The position numbers were made by a program, and so were the translations under genes. The notes below the pieces were generated by a model that was not told where the DNA came from, did not search any database, and saw only the letters and a list, made by a program, of their open reading frames with translations. Positions 29,701 to 39,059 of a stretch of 64,000 nucleotides of DNA are shown here, piece after piece (positions within the stretch are counted from its first letter, which is position 1; each line of letters starts with the position of its first letter). The stretch is from IMG/VR virus record IMGVR_UViG_3300019458_000021, positions 173,380 through 237,379 of that record. One strand, written 5' to 3'.

Positions 29701-31052
29701 GTGGTATACCAACAAGTGGTGCCGGTGGTGCGGTAACACTACAAGGTGCTAACTCAGCAACTGGTTTCCAAGGAGGCAATGCAACACTGCAAGGTGGACG
29801 AGGTGGTTCAACCAATACCGGTGGAAACGCTGTAATCACAGGCGGCCTTGGTGGTACGACAAGTGGTGCAGGTGGCAACGTTCTCATCACTGGTGGTACA
29901 CCAACAAGTGGTGCAGGTGGCCTTGTCGTCATAGCAGCCGGTAACGCAACTGGTTCAGCAACTGGTGGAGATGCTTCGCTAGCGGGTGGTACAGGTGGTA
30001 CAACCGGCACTGCCGGAACTGTAACAATCATTGGCGGTGCAGGTGGATCAACTTCAGGCAACGGTGGTAGTGCTACTCTTCGTGGTGGATCTCCGAGCAA
30101 CGGTAACGGTGGTAGTGTTATTATTCTTGGTGCAACAGCAGCGGGAACTGGTGCTGGAGGCGATGTATCGATTACAGGTGGCAACGCATCGACAACCGGC
30201 GAAGGTGGTGACATCACACTCACAGCGGGCAACGGTGCTACATCAAGAGGTGGCATTGTTACTCTCAACGGTGGTACAAATCCATTTGCTGGCACCGTCA
30301 ATGCCATCTCAATCAACGGAGGATCAGCAACAAATGCTGGTTCTCTTGGAAACGCTGTTCAAATCAACGGTGGCTCACATACAACCAATCAAGGTGGTAC
30401 GGTAAGCCTTACTGGTGGCACAGGTGGTACATCTGGAACAGGTGGAACCGTAAGTTTGACAGGTGGTACACCTGGTTCAACGTCAACAGGTGGTGCGATA
30501 TCGATTGCTGGCGGTCCTGGTGGATCGACATCCGGTGCAGGTGGATCAATTACACTTATAGGTGGTATTCCGACTGATGGAAACGGCGGAAGTATCACAA
30601 TCACTGGTCGAAATGCCGTTGGTACAAACCGTGACGGTGGTAACGTCACACTTACACCTGGCACTGCAACAGGCTCAGGAACAGCTGGTAGAGTGATTAT
30701 CAATGGTCCTGCTAAGCTTGGACCATTTGCTGAAACGTTTGCAAGTCCATCAATTTCTGCTGGTACGTTGACATTGGATCTCACCACAGCAAATACGTTT
30801 AGTGTGTCACTGAACCAAAACATTACCACACTCAATATCAACAATCCACAAGCATCAAGTGCACATGGCTTTTCAATCATCTTCACAGCTGACGGAACAT
30901 TGCGAACAATTACATGGCCGGGTAGTGTCAAGTGGGCAGGAGGTACTGCACCAACTATGACTGCGACAGCAGGAAAGGTTGATATTTTGACATTCTTTAC
31001 GGTTGATGGTGGAACTAACTGGTACGGTGTGGTCTCCGGTCAAAACTTTTAA
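26718..31052 (+). CDS. Large Gly-rich tail fibre / adhesin (1444 aa)
   Basis: WKNSVRAATT...LLVKNQ...QNGIY tail domain, long GG(A/N)VTITGG repeats, C-terminal WPGSVKWAGGTAP domain. Confidence 0.8.
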   Translation: MTSSFDIIKADGSTFTIYALEGDGSSNLSLPRQVLSAVLSGGAGVNYFELGDDLTYRFVPGFTFNVIILDPLSFPPTANEGTYTVVTSSYVGNVTRVTVAQTIPRGFFTINGVTIGSQTWRISGNHAAEFGAGTSIIVTNNSGNGNSVYTVVSATVVGPNTEIVVLQTIPGASAGVAVVQFFAAPVFTPATTLGITAGLYDIRLAIDGGASSIYTVTATGTDTMASMAALLTTITGLTVTVANNYFTFTSGTTGTGSSVAVVTPTAGINPDLFAAIDIAKTATHTSISTQGRAASSGDGLLTVNSYDIVGVVPGVGGTWTIAGNTASRFPIGSGFAVSGNSAGDGNYSVASATNVGADTDIVVTATIPLLSDTTGAVLVGNIPLGHIQYHLTVADAGINTSFDLLGKGMPNWGATFQGDIVRALENHAASTPPAAPMSGQLWYDTGAATLNLFASTIYDIVAVDTVGPVYVWTISGNHAATFSTLNARFAVFGNTGINEANIAVPGTYSASSVYQILSAVNVGPNTEITINTTVSPPLSNSIPSDATGDGKLYLMSDWHEIALTENVLTLDWKNSVRAATTAALPAVTYNNGLSGVGATLTATANGALPAQDGVSLALNERLLVKNQASGLQNGIYTVTQLGDGGNPFILTRAVDADTNADVTAGMAMVIEEGATYNDAAFFLGTNNPITVGTTALMFVQLTASIAAPVNEIVYGTGVGVTSEADFTWDPTTDTLMLGGVGDLGTITNGDGGTIEFDAGVIRLTGDNGDFIEIGASINLTGVAGTTGSTITIAAGDSSVAAGGTVAIVGGDATLVAGGPVTITGGTGGTSLGTGTGGAVSITGGTAGANLTNGGAVNIRGGSGGVVGVSGGGAVNITAGDGVGATGGGGGSVVLTGGTPTILGIGGGVLIQGAQGLGLGNGSGGVVLVGANGAVAGGNGGSISITAGTATSVFTAGTLSLTAGGGGTTTVGGAVTITGGPGGTVSGTGGAVTITGGIPTSGAGGAVTLQGANSATGFQGGNATLQGGRGGSTNTGGNAVITGGLGGTTSGAGGNVLITGGTPTSGAGGLVVIAAGNATGSATGGDASLAGGTGGTTGTAGTVTIIGGAGGSTSGNGGSATLRGGSPSNGNGGSVIILGATAAGTGAGGDVSITGGNASTTGEGGDITLTAGNGATSRGGIVTLNGGTNPFAGTVNAISINGGSATNAGSLGNAVQINGGSHTTNQGGTVSLTGGTGGTSGTGGTVSLTGGTPGSTSTGGAISIAGGPGGSTSGAGGSITLIGGIPTDGNGGSITITGRNAVGTNRDGGNVTLTPGTATGSGTAGRVIINGPAKLGPFAETFASPSISAGTLTLDLTTANTFSVSLNQNITTLNINNPQASSAHGFSIIFTADGTLRTITWPGSVKWAGGTAPTMTATAGKVDILTFFTVDGGTNWYGVVSGQNF

Positions 31053-31061
31053 TGGTGTAGC

Positions 31062-33287
31062 ATGACAATTGCTCGGTCATTCTTCAGGCAGGCTACAGGA
31101 AATTTACAGGGAGCAATGTTGTTTGGCTGGGGAAATGCTACCACAGCAGAAACAGGCACTGGTCTGGGATCAATCACAGGCATATTTGGTCAGTGGGCAA
31201 TGGCACCAATTTTTCCAATTGATAATCTTAGTTGGAACACATTGAGTGTCGGTGCTGCACACACCCTTGGAATTAAATCAGACGGCACGTTGTGGGCGTG
31301 GGGTGAAAATACAAACGGAGCACTTGGTGATGGAACTATAACATCAAGATCGTCCCCTGTGCAAATTGGAACGTCAAGTTGGTTATCTGTTAGTGCTGGT
31401 AATGCTAATAGTTTCGGTATTCGTCTTGACGGTGCATTATTCGCCTGGGGGACAAACACAAGTGGTCATCTAGGTACCGGCAACACAACAAACTTTTCAT
31501 CGCCAGTGCAAATTGGAACATCAAGTTGGTCAATGGTTAGTTCTGGTGAACTTTGGACTGCTGCACTTCGCAGTGATGGAGTTTTGTTTACCTGGGGCAA
31601 CGCTGGAGACGGTAAACTCGGTGACGGAACAATCACTAGTAAATCATCGCCCGTTCAAATCGGTGCATCAGTCTGGACGTCAGTTAGTGCTGGTTCACAC
31701 CACGGTGCATCTATTCGCTCAGATGGAGCTTTATTCACATGGGGTCGAGGCGTAAACGGACAACTAGGTGACGGAACGTCGGTTAGTAAGTCATCGCCAG
31801 TGCAAATCGGAACATCAAGTTGGAGCATAGTAGACGCTGGTCAAGATCACACAATGGGCATTAAAATAGATGCAACGCTTTGGGCTTGGGGTGCAGGCAC
31901 AAACGGAAAACTTGGTGATGGAACAACCGTTTCTAAATCTTCCCCTGTTCAAATTGGTACGTCTAGTTGGAATGCTGTTGCGGCTGGTCGTGAATTCACT
32001 TTCGCTATACGGTTAGATGGTATGCTGTTTTCTTGGGGTGAAAACGATAGTGGTTTGCCTGGACAACTTGCGAATTTGACATTCACAAACACTTCCTCCC
32101 CTGTTCAAGTTGCTTCAACAGCTAGTTGGACAATGGTGTCGACTGCTAGAACGACAAATGGAAACTCAGGCATGACTGGTGGAAAACGAACTAACGGTCA
32201 AATTTACATTTTTGGTAACGGTCCTGGTGGTGAGGAATTCGGATTCACCTATTGGGTCCCTGCTACTATTAGTCAAACACTGCCGTATCCATCCGCCTAT
32301 GCTGAACATCCAACATCTAGTGCACAAGCACGAAGCTGGAGTGTGATCAGCTCCGGTGACAACTGGAGTGTTGGCATTCGTTCTGATGGTAGTCTTTGGT
32401 CGTGGGGGACAAACACTAACGGGCAACTTGGAAATGGAACAACCGCTGCTACGTGGCCGCCTACACAAATCGGTGCGTCTAGTTGGACTGCTATAGCGGC
32501 TGGACCGAGTCATGTAGTTGCCATTCGTTCGGATGGTGGATTGTTTACCTGGGGTGCTAACGGTCAGGGACAACTTGGTGATGGATCAACAACAGCAAGA
32601 TCCTCACCAGCTCAAGTTGGTACTGAGAGTTGGGTTGTTGTTACTGCTGGAGGACATGGAACATTCGGTCATTTCTCTGGTGGCATAAGGATTGGTGGAG
32701 CCTTGTTTATGTGGGGCAGAAACAGCGAAGGTGCACTTGGTGATGGCACAACAACAAACAAATCGTCACCTGTGCAAATTGGAACATCGAGTTGGAATGC
32801 TGTTGCTACTGGTGATTTCCACACGGTTGCAATTCGATCAGGCGGCTCACTATTTGCATGGGGATTTAACGGCAGTGGACAAGTTGGTGATGGATCAACA
32901 ACAAACAGATCATCTCCTGTGCAAATTGGAACATCGAGTTGGAATGCTGTTGCAGCAGGCGAATCATTTACTGCTGCAATCCGAAACGGAGGTAATATTT
33001 TCACATGGGGCAACGGTGGAAATGGTCGTCTTGGTGATGGAACTATCGTTTCCAAGTCATCACCTGTGCAGATCGGAACCTCGGTGTGGACACAGATTAC
33101 GACCGGTTTCGCATATGTGCTTGCTATACGAAGCGACAACGCTCTCTTTGCATGGGGCAACAACGCAAGCGGACAACTTGGTGATGGAACGGTCACAAGC
33201 AGATCGTCCCCTGTACAGATTGGTTCTTCCTACCAATGGTCAAGAATTTCCGGTGGTATTGATAGTTCGCTTGCCGTTGCAACTTAA
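31062..33287 (+). CDS. RCC1/BLIP-II repeat beta-propeller protein
   Basis: About 14 repeats of W..V.AG..H...IRSDG.L..WG.N..GQLGDGT....SSPVQIG. Confidence 0.92.
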   Translation: MTIARSFFRQATGNLQGAMLFGWGNATTAETGTGLGSITGIFGQWAMAPIFPIDNLSWNTLSVGAAHTLGIKSDGTLWAWGENTNGALGDGTITSRSSPVQIGTSSWLSVSAGNANSFGIRLDGALFAWGTNTSGHLGTGNTTNFSSPVQIGTSSWSMVSSGELWTAALRSDGVLFTWGNAGDGKLGDGTITSKSSPVQIGASVWTSVSAGSHHGASIRSDGALFTWGRGVNGQLGDGTSVSKSSPVQIGTSSWSIVDAGQDHTMGIKIDATLWAWGAGTNGKLGDGTTVSKSSPVQIGTSSWNAVAAGREFTFAIRLDGMLFSWGENDSGLPGQLANLTFTNTSSPVQVASTASWTMVSTARTTNGNSGMTGGKRTNGQIYIFGNGPGGEEFGFTYWVPATISQTLPYPSAYAEHPTSSAQARSWSVISSGDNWSVGIRSDGSLWSWGTNTNGQLGNGTTAATWPPTQIGASSWTAIAAGPSHVVAIRSDGGLFTWGANGQGQLGDGSTTARSSPAQVGTESWVVVTAGGHGTFGHFSGGIRIGGALFMWGRNSEGALGDGTTTNKSSPVQIGTSSWNAVATGDFHTVAIRSGGSLFAWGFNGSGQVGDGSTTNRSSPVQIGTSSWNAVAAGESFTAAIRNGGNIFTWGNGGNGRLGDGTIVSKSSPVQIGTSVWTQITTGFAYVLAIRSDNALFAWGNNASGQLGDGTVTSRSSPVQIGSSYQWSRISGGIDSSLAVAT

Positions 33288-33301
33288 ATTGTGTAGGCTG
33301 T

Positions 33302-34372
33302 TTGAAAAACAACTACAACCCTATGCACCCCATTGACAAACAACTTGATCACATGCTTCACGGACGTTTTGGACGTGGATGGCAAATTTCAGAAAACCTC
33401 GACAAAACAATGCCCGATGATGCACGACATCTGTTTAATCGAGGTTGGTTCCTACTCAATCAAGGGAAATTTCAAGAAGGCTATCAGACTCTCGAAGCTG
33501 GTCGCTTTTTGAATGTCTACGGTTCTGGACATATAGGCACACAAAAACCAATCTGGAATCCTGCAGAAATGTCCCTCGCAGGGAAACGTGTGATTCTGGC
33601 TCTCGAGGGCGGCTATGGTGATGAGTTAATCAATATTCGATTTGCAACACCACTTGCGGAGCGAGGTGCAACTGTTATAGTTCGTGCAAGTGAAGCGGTC
33701 CATTGTTTGATTAAACGTGTCAAGGGCGTTTCGGAAATTATTACACCTTATCAAGTTCGAGATGTTCATCACGATTGTTGGATTCCTGGATTCAGTGCTG
33801 CTTGGTTGCTCGGTTACGATTACTCAACCTTGATCAATGCTCCGTACCTTACACCACATCCTCAATCGGTTGAAATTTGGAAGAACGTGATTAAAACCGA
33901 TAAACTCAAAGTTGGCATTCGATGGAGCGGAAATCCAAAGTTTGAACATCAGCAATTCCGTCGGTTTCCTGTTGAACCTCTACTTGCATTGTCTGCATAC
34001 CAAAACGCACAGTTATACAGTCTTCAACGTGATAATGACTTGTTGGACCTTCCGAACAACATTGTCGATTTGCAACACTTGTTAATATCGTGGGAAGACA
34101 CAACTGCTGCAATTGCGAATATGGATTTGGTGATCTCCTCGTGCACAGCAGTCGCTCATCTTGCGGCAGCAATGGGTAAACCAACATGGGTTCTTGTTCC
34201 AATTCTACCGTATCACATCTGGACATATAAAGCACCAGAATCACGTTCTTCTCCATGGTATGGAGACAACGTTCGGCTTTTCCGACAAGCAAAGTATGAG
34301 TCGTGGGAAAAGCCGTTTAAGATGCTACACAAGCAGTTTGGCCAATGGATAAATACGACGAAATCCTCATAG
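33302..34372 (+). CDS. TPR-like/GT9-type glycosyltransferase
   Basis: EGGYGD...IRF, KVGIRWSG, YSLQ, DTTAAIANMDLVISSCTAVAHLAAAMGKPTW. Confidence 0.8.
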   Translation: MKNNYNPMHPIDKQLDHMLHGRFGRGWQISENLDKTMPDDARHLFNRGWFLLNQGKFQEGYQTLEAGRFLNVYGSGHIGTQKPIWNPAEMSLAGKRVILALEGGYGDELINIRFATPLAERGATVIVRASEAVHCLIKRVKGVSEIITPYQVRDVHHDCWIPGFSAAWLLGYDYSTLINAPYLTPHPQSVEIWKNVIKTDKLKVGIRWSGNPKFEHQQFRRFPVEPLLALSAYQNAQLYSLQRDNDLLDLPNNIVDLQHLLISWEDTTAAIANMDLVISSCTAVAHLAAAMGKPTWVLVPILPYHIWTYKAPESRSSPWYGDNVRLFRQAKYESWEKPFKMLHKQFGQWINTTKSS

Positions 34373-34382
34373 GCTGACCATT

Positions 34383-35066
34383 ATGCAACCACCAATTTCA
34401 TTAGCACAAATCGACGTTGATCCACTTCGTGTAGGACAAACCCACACTGTTGAAGCTCAAACCAAAACAAACACATTCCAAGAAGTGTTTATCAACGGTC
34501 AAAGTTTTGAGATCGACTCTGCGGAGAATACAACAAATCCTGACAGATTCACCATTGCTGATGATTTCACAGACATCTTCACGACAGGCACAACGTTCTT
34601 TGTTAGCGGATCCGCCGGCAACGATGGTACGTATACCGTTGTTGAAAATGCAACGTTTGCGGCTGGGTTTACAACAATCTACGTAACAAATGGGTCGATT
34701 ACTACAAATGAAGGCGCTGGCCTCGGCACGGGATTCATCAATACAGGAGAACGGTTGGTCCTTCCGAACAACTCTGCAACACTTATTAACGTCTTCTTAG
34801 TGGGCCGTGACACAGTAGCCTCGCCAGGCGAAGGCGCTGGTTTCATTACGCGGTCGGCGTTCGTTCGTGATGCAACAGCCGCATCCGTTGTACGTATTGG
34901 AGGCCTCGTTGACAGCTTTTCAAGAGAGAACATGGCTGGAACACCAGATGTCGACCTGACAGCAGATACGACCAACGGCTCGATTAAACTCGAAATCAAA
35001 GGATCCACCTCTGGTAATGTGGTTGTATGGAGTGGTGTTGTTCTCTTGCAACAGATTGAAACGTAA
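34383..35066 (+). CDS. Virion protein sharing a domain with 24423
   Basis: NATFAAGFTTIYVTNG is identical in both proteins; TAAATA at 34350. Confidence 0.7.
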   Translation: MQPPISLAQIDVDPLRVGQTHTVEAQTKTNTFQEVFINGQSFEIDSAENTTNPDRFTIADDFTDIFTTGTTFFVSGSAGNDGTYTVVENATFAAGFTTIYVTNGSITTNEGAGLGTGFINTGERLVLPNNSATLINVFLVGRDTVASPGEGAGFITRSAFVRDATAASVVRIGGLVDSFSRENMAGTPDVDLTADTTNGSIKLEIKGSTSGNVVVWSGVVLLQQIET

Positions 35067-35081
35067 TGGTACAATGTCCTA

Positions 35082-35672
35082 ATGGCTGACATTGATATTG
35101 ACTTTCGTACCGACTTTGATCCAAAGCGCGTCTTCAAACAGATCATTCCTGCTTCGATCATCAAGAACGATGATCTCGAGAAGCACAACTGTGGACACTA
35201 TTTTCAAACGATTCCTGTTGATCCTGTCACAGGGTTAGCAGCTATTCCTTATGAAGAAGCAGAGGTCTTGGGATACTTTAAGATTGACTTCTTACATCTG
35301 GCTGTGTTAGACAACTTCACAAGCAAAGACGAAATTCGAAAGCTGATTCGTCAATCACCTGATTGGACCCTTTTATTACACGAGGAACACGTTTCAAAAC
35401 TCTTCCAAGTCCATAAACGAGCCGACTTGTTGAAACGAATTCGGCCAAATTCAGTTCAGGAATTGGCCGATTGCATTGCATTGATTAGACCATCAAAGAA
35501 ATATCTCATAAATAGATATGTAACAGAGATTAACAATAGAGAAACAATACAAAGAGAATTATACGAAAAACCAACAGAGGGTGGTAGTAAATGGTTTAAA
35601 AAAGCTCATGCGATCAGTTACGCGTTGACAATAGTGCTTCAGTTACACCTTATCCAACAAGGAAAGTTGTAG
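35082..35672 (+). CDS. Miniature DnaE-like catalytic fragment
   Basis: DIDIDF, KHNCG, GYFKIDFL, ALIRP and FKKAHAISYA, in DnaE order within 196 aa. Confidence 0.85.
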   Translation: MADIDIDFRTDFDPKRVFKQIIPASIIKNDDLEKHNCGHYFQTIPVDPVTGLAAIPYEEAEVLGYFKIDFLHLAVLDNFTSKDEIRKLIRQSPDWTLLLHEEHVSKLFQVHKRADLLKRIRPNSVQELADCIALIRPSKKYLINRYVTEINNRETIQRELYEKPTEGGSKWFKKAHAISYALTIVLQLHLIQQGKL

Positions 35673-35769
35673 GAGCAAACGAAACACGCCGTCTAAAAGC
35701 AGCTTCAACATTCACTGATAAAGCCAACGTTGTCCACAGTAAGAAATTTTTACCGAAAGGCTTTCCTTT

Positions 35770-36234
35770 ATGAAAACACTTGCCACAATCAATTTGAGCG
35801 ACAACCAAAAGCGCGTTATGGCGAAAATTCTTGCTGCGCCAACACCAAAAGTAGCACTTGACAGCATCAGTAAGAATCAAAGCTTGATCGCAGCTCGTGA
35901 CCAGCTCGCAAAGATTGGAATGGTTTCACTGAATCCCAATGGTGCATCGGTAACAGACAAAGGTACAAAGGTGATGCAAGACGAAGCACTTGTTGATGAG
36001 GGTGGACAACTAACGCCAGATGGTGAACAACTTGCACACACGGACGTGGATGGCAAGCCAGAACAAGACAAAGCCGCTTCTCCCACGCCGACTGATATGA
36101 TGGGACAGCCAGAACAACAGCCACAGGCACCGGCTCCAGGTACTCCGCCACCTCAAAGCCAACCAGATCAACTCCAGTTGCAAAGTGTCAACTGGGAACG
36201 ATTCAAGTTACTTCGGGAACTGCTCAAAGGGTAA
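35770..36234 (+). CDS. Hypothetical protein with Pro/Gln-rich tail
   Basis: 154-aa ORF. Confidence 0.7.
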   Translation: MKTLATINLSDNQKRVMAKILAAPTPKVALDSISKNQSLIAARDQLAKIGMVSLNPNGASVTDKGTKVMQDEALVDEGGQLTPDGEQLAHTDVDGKPEQDKAASPTPTDMMGQPEQQPQAPAPGTPPPQSQPDQLQLQSVNWERFKLLRELLKG

Positions 36235-36684
36235 TACTGTAGTTGAGTATCGAATCTCGACACCCGCAGGAAGAGCCTTGCGTCGTCGACGCTTGATACT
36301 TTTCACCTGTGCCATGGGAAACTTTGGCACAGGACCAATCACTCTAGAGATGAATTCAACGTTTAACGAACGATAGATTCGTGACGTTTCGCTAGTCATT
36401 CCACGGCGAGAGAATTCAACCGAGACAGGGAATCGGGAGCGATTCTCGAAGTACCAATCCGCTGCAGCAACAATCAAAAATTCTTCATTAACACTTTCAG
36501 CGCCGCAGTAATCAAGAACGAACGCTTTAATTGTTTCGTCGTCAGCGTTGTCAACAATCGCAAGCATTGGCTGCTTGCGATAGACGATCATGGTTACGAA
36601 TGGATAGCCTTTGTATTCTTTCGGGTGTGCTTCAATGATGAGCGGAACGTTGGTTTTCTTTGCTGTCTTCTTTTTGACCGTCAT
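36208..36684 (-). CDS. Hypothetical protein
   Basis: ATG at 36684 after a GGAGG RBS and a minus-strand TAAATA. Confidence 0.7.
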   Translation of the reverse strand: MTVKKKTAKKTNVPLIIEAHPKEYKGYPFVTMIVYRKQPMLAIVDNADDETIKAFVLDYCGAESVNEEFLIVAAADWYFENRSRFPVSVEFSRRGMTSETSRIYRSLNVEFISRVIGPVPKFPMAQVKSIKRRRRKALPAGVEIRYSTTVLPFEQFPK

Positions 36685-36766
36685 TACAACCTCCAGAGTG
36701 GGGTTATTTATCGGATGGGTACCACGCTTAAAACACAAAGTAAATATGTCAAAGGAGGGGCAAAAT

Positions 36767-36976
36767 ATGTGCGTTGTCAGTGTGATTACCGAATACGGTC
36801 GCGATAGAATGAGTGCTCCCTGGACGCCAGAACAGTTACAAGCATTCAAAGTTCTGATCGAGCAGGCGCAGAAATTTGACAAGTTAACCGATCAACCGAA
36901 CTGCGAGGATCCTGCAAAAGCTGTGTGGATTGCAGGTGTTGAAGAATCAGTTGGAGCCATCAAGAATGACGTTTGA
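36767..36976 (+). CDS. Hypothetical protein
   Basis: GGAGG RBS; MCVVS...A..FD..T.QP.CEDP.K. Confidence 0.6.
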   Translation: MCVVSVITEYGRDRMSAPWTPEQLQAFKVLIEQAQKFDKLTDQPNCEDPAKAVWIAGVEESVGAIKNDV

Positions 36977-37568
36977 ATGCCCGCCACTCAAGTTCGCTCA
37001 CGACGCGCTTGAGCCATATCTCTCGAAAGAGAATGTTGCACTCCATTACGAGAAGCACACAAAAGGGTACTTCAAAAAGACGAATGAGTTGATCGAAGGC
37101 ACTGACTTTGCAAAGGCCAAGTCGCTCGAAGACCTTCTAACAAAAGACAACTTGATGAAGGCGGACAGCAAACTATTCAATCAAGCTGCACAAGCGTGGA
37201 ACCATACATTCTGGTGGGAAAATCTTGCAGCAAATGGCGGTGACAAAAATCCATCACATGAATTGATGGAAGAGATTGATAATCACTTCACCGACTTCAT
37301 AACATTCAAGAAGAAGTTTGTTGAAGCCGGAATGGGCCAGTTCGGTAGTGGTTGGGTGTGGCTTGTTTGGAAGAACCGATCGCTGTCAATCGCAACAACA
37401 CCAAATGCAGGTACGCCACTTACAACACATGCAAAACCATTGCTTGTTGTTGATGTGTGGGAGCATGCTTATTATCCGACATACTTTAATGATCGCGAGA
37501 AATATTTGAAGAAGATTTGGACCATTGTAGACTGGGGCACGATCAATGAGCGATTCGGAAAACTTTGA
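36966..37568 (+). CDS. sodB: Fe/Mn superoxide dismutase
   Basis: ALEPY, HYEKH, FNQAAQAWNHTFWW, FGSGWVWL, DVWEHAYY. Confidence 0.92.
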   Translation: MTFECPPLKFAHDALEPYLSKENVALHYEKHTKGYFKKTNELIEGTDFAKAKSLEDLLTKDNLMKADSKLFNQAAQAWNHTFWWENLAANGGDKNPSHELMEEIDNHFTDFITFKKKFVEAGMGQFGSGWVWLVWKNRSLSIATTPNAGTPLTTHAKPLLVVDVWEHAYYPTYFNDREKYLKKIWTIVDWGTINERFGKL

Positions 37569-38328
37569 AAGTGTAGAGATCGAAAAGTCGGGTAAGAATC
37601 CAAACCGACGTGGTCGCAAGCCAAATCCAAACTGGCTGCCGTACAACGAAGCAAAAGAGTTCATTCGCAACGAGCTGATTCCTTCTCGCGCAAAATATAT
37701 CGAGTGGTGGGATGCGAATAAGCCAAAAGCTTTACCGCGATTCCCTTACCGTGTGTAAAAAGAGTGGGTATCTTGGAATGAATTTCTTGGAACGAACAAC
37801 AAGTTCCAAGAACAGGGCAAGAAATGGCGCTCAATCGACGAGGCTATTCTTTGGGCGCACAGTCTCAAACTGGGCTCTTACAAACAGTGGATGGACTTTT
37901 GCCGAGAGAACAAGGACAAACTACCTCCTGATATCCCTGCGCGTCCAGATCTTGTCTACGAACGTTGGCGGAGCTGGAGTCACTGGTTGGGTAATAAACC
38001 GGTCGAAGCAGTTGAAGCAAAGAAGGAAGCTGAGAAACGTAAGATTTTCTACATCATCCGTATGCCAGAAGTTCCAATGAATGTTCTGAACTTTGGCACG
38101 GAGGAGTTTGGGTTGTCTGGTATGAAAGAACGGTGGGAACGAGATCATTACCACCTAGTGAAATTCTATTGGTACAATCCTGAGAAAGCGATTGAGATCA
38201 AACGATGTGTTGACATGCTGACAACACCTTACAAGGAAGACGATCGTCAGCGAATTGTCCCGAACGTTTTCGAGGTAATGTACTATCTCGATATGCTGAT
38301 GGATTCCGTTCGAGATCTTAATGCTTGA
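37546..38328 (+). pseudogene. Repeat-containing DNA-binding-like gene with an in-frame TAA at 37756-37758
   Basis: The two ORFs are in one frame; PRFPYRV*KEWVSWNEFLG aligns with PARPDLVYERWRSWSHWLG. Confidence 0.75.
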
Positions 38329-38731
38329 TCAACAACCAAGAGAACTCACCAAGCCATAACGTCTTTGGTTCCGAAAACTCGTAGTACGATACTCCTTCGT
38401 CGATCGCTGTCGCAACACGCTGCAACGCTTTCATCGTTGCTGCTTCATCAATTGTCGCCACATCCAAAACAACACGAAAATGTCCGTCGATCAACTCAAC
38501 GCATTCACAGGTTGTTGTTTTGTTTTCGTTATGAATGTCGAGAAGTGCAAGAGAAACACCATCAGCGGTGTCAGGGATTACAGCTTGGTTCTTGTTGGTT
38601 CGATCTAGGAGTTGCTGGAACAGTGCATCGATATAATCGACGCGTGTTGTAACGATTTCAATGTCGACGTATTTGTCAGTTTTACGTACTTGGTTGGGAT
38701 AGCTCTGTATTTGTGTTATTTGTGTCTGCAT
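38318..38731 (-). CDS. Hypothetical protein
   Basis: 137-aa ORF. Confidence 0.65.
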   Translation of the reverse strand: MQTQITQIQSYPNQVRKTDKYVDIEIVTTRVDYIDALFQQLLDRTNKNQAVIPDTADGVSLALLDIHNENKTTTCECVELIDGHFRVVLDVATIDEAATMKALQRVATAIDEGVSYYEFSEPKTLWLGEFSWLLIKH

Positions 38732-39059
38732 TTGTTATTATAACCTCCGCTTGTGTTGCAGCCGGCTCTTCCTCACCTGTTGGACTGCTTTCAGGTGGTG
38801 GTCCGAGCCGTTGTAGTGTTACAAGCATCTGAACGGCCTGCTCGCTAATGTTCTTCAGCTTTTTCTTGTAGAACTTCTTCTTGTACTCTGTTTTTGCAGA
38901 GAGGATCTTTTGGCGATGTGCTTGAGCTTGCAACATGAGATGCTGGAGTTCGGCTTGAACAGTCGCTCGCATTTGTGCCACGCGAGCTGCTTTTAAATCC
39001 GCTAAGGAAATTGTGAGTGTTCCGTCTTCGTGTTTTGTTTGGAGTTCGTCCGGTGCCAT
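38682..39059 (-). CDS. Hypothetical protein
   Basis: 125-aa ORF with an AGGAG RBS. Confidence 0.7.
   Translation of the reverse strand: MAPDELQTKHEDGTLTISLADLKAARVAQMRATVQAELQHLMLQAQAHRQKILSAKTEYKKKFYKKKLKNISEQAVQMLVTLQRLGPPPESSPTGEEEPAATQAEVIITNADTNNTNTELSQPST

Noticed and set aside
28856-30931. Long Pro-rich minus-strand ORFs
   Set aside because: Antisense reading of the Gly-rich fibre gene (GGN codons read as NCC/CCN).
31190-33240. Regularly spaced DNA repeats resembling a CRISPR array or DGR
   Set aside because: These are degenerate in-frame RCC1 coding repeats; there are no unique spacers, cas genes or reverse transcriptase.
37756-37758. Stop-codon reassignment
   Set aside because: Only one case; TAA, TAG and TGA all terminate well-conserved genes elsewhere in the window.
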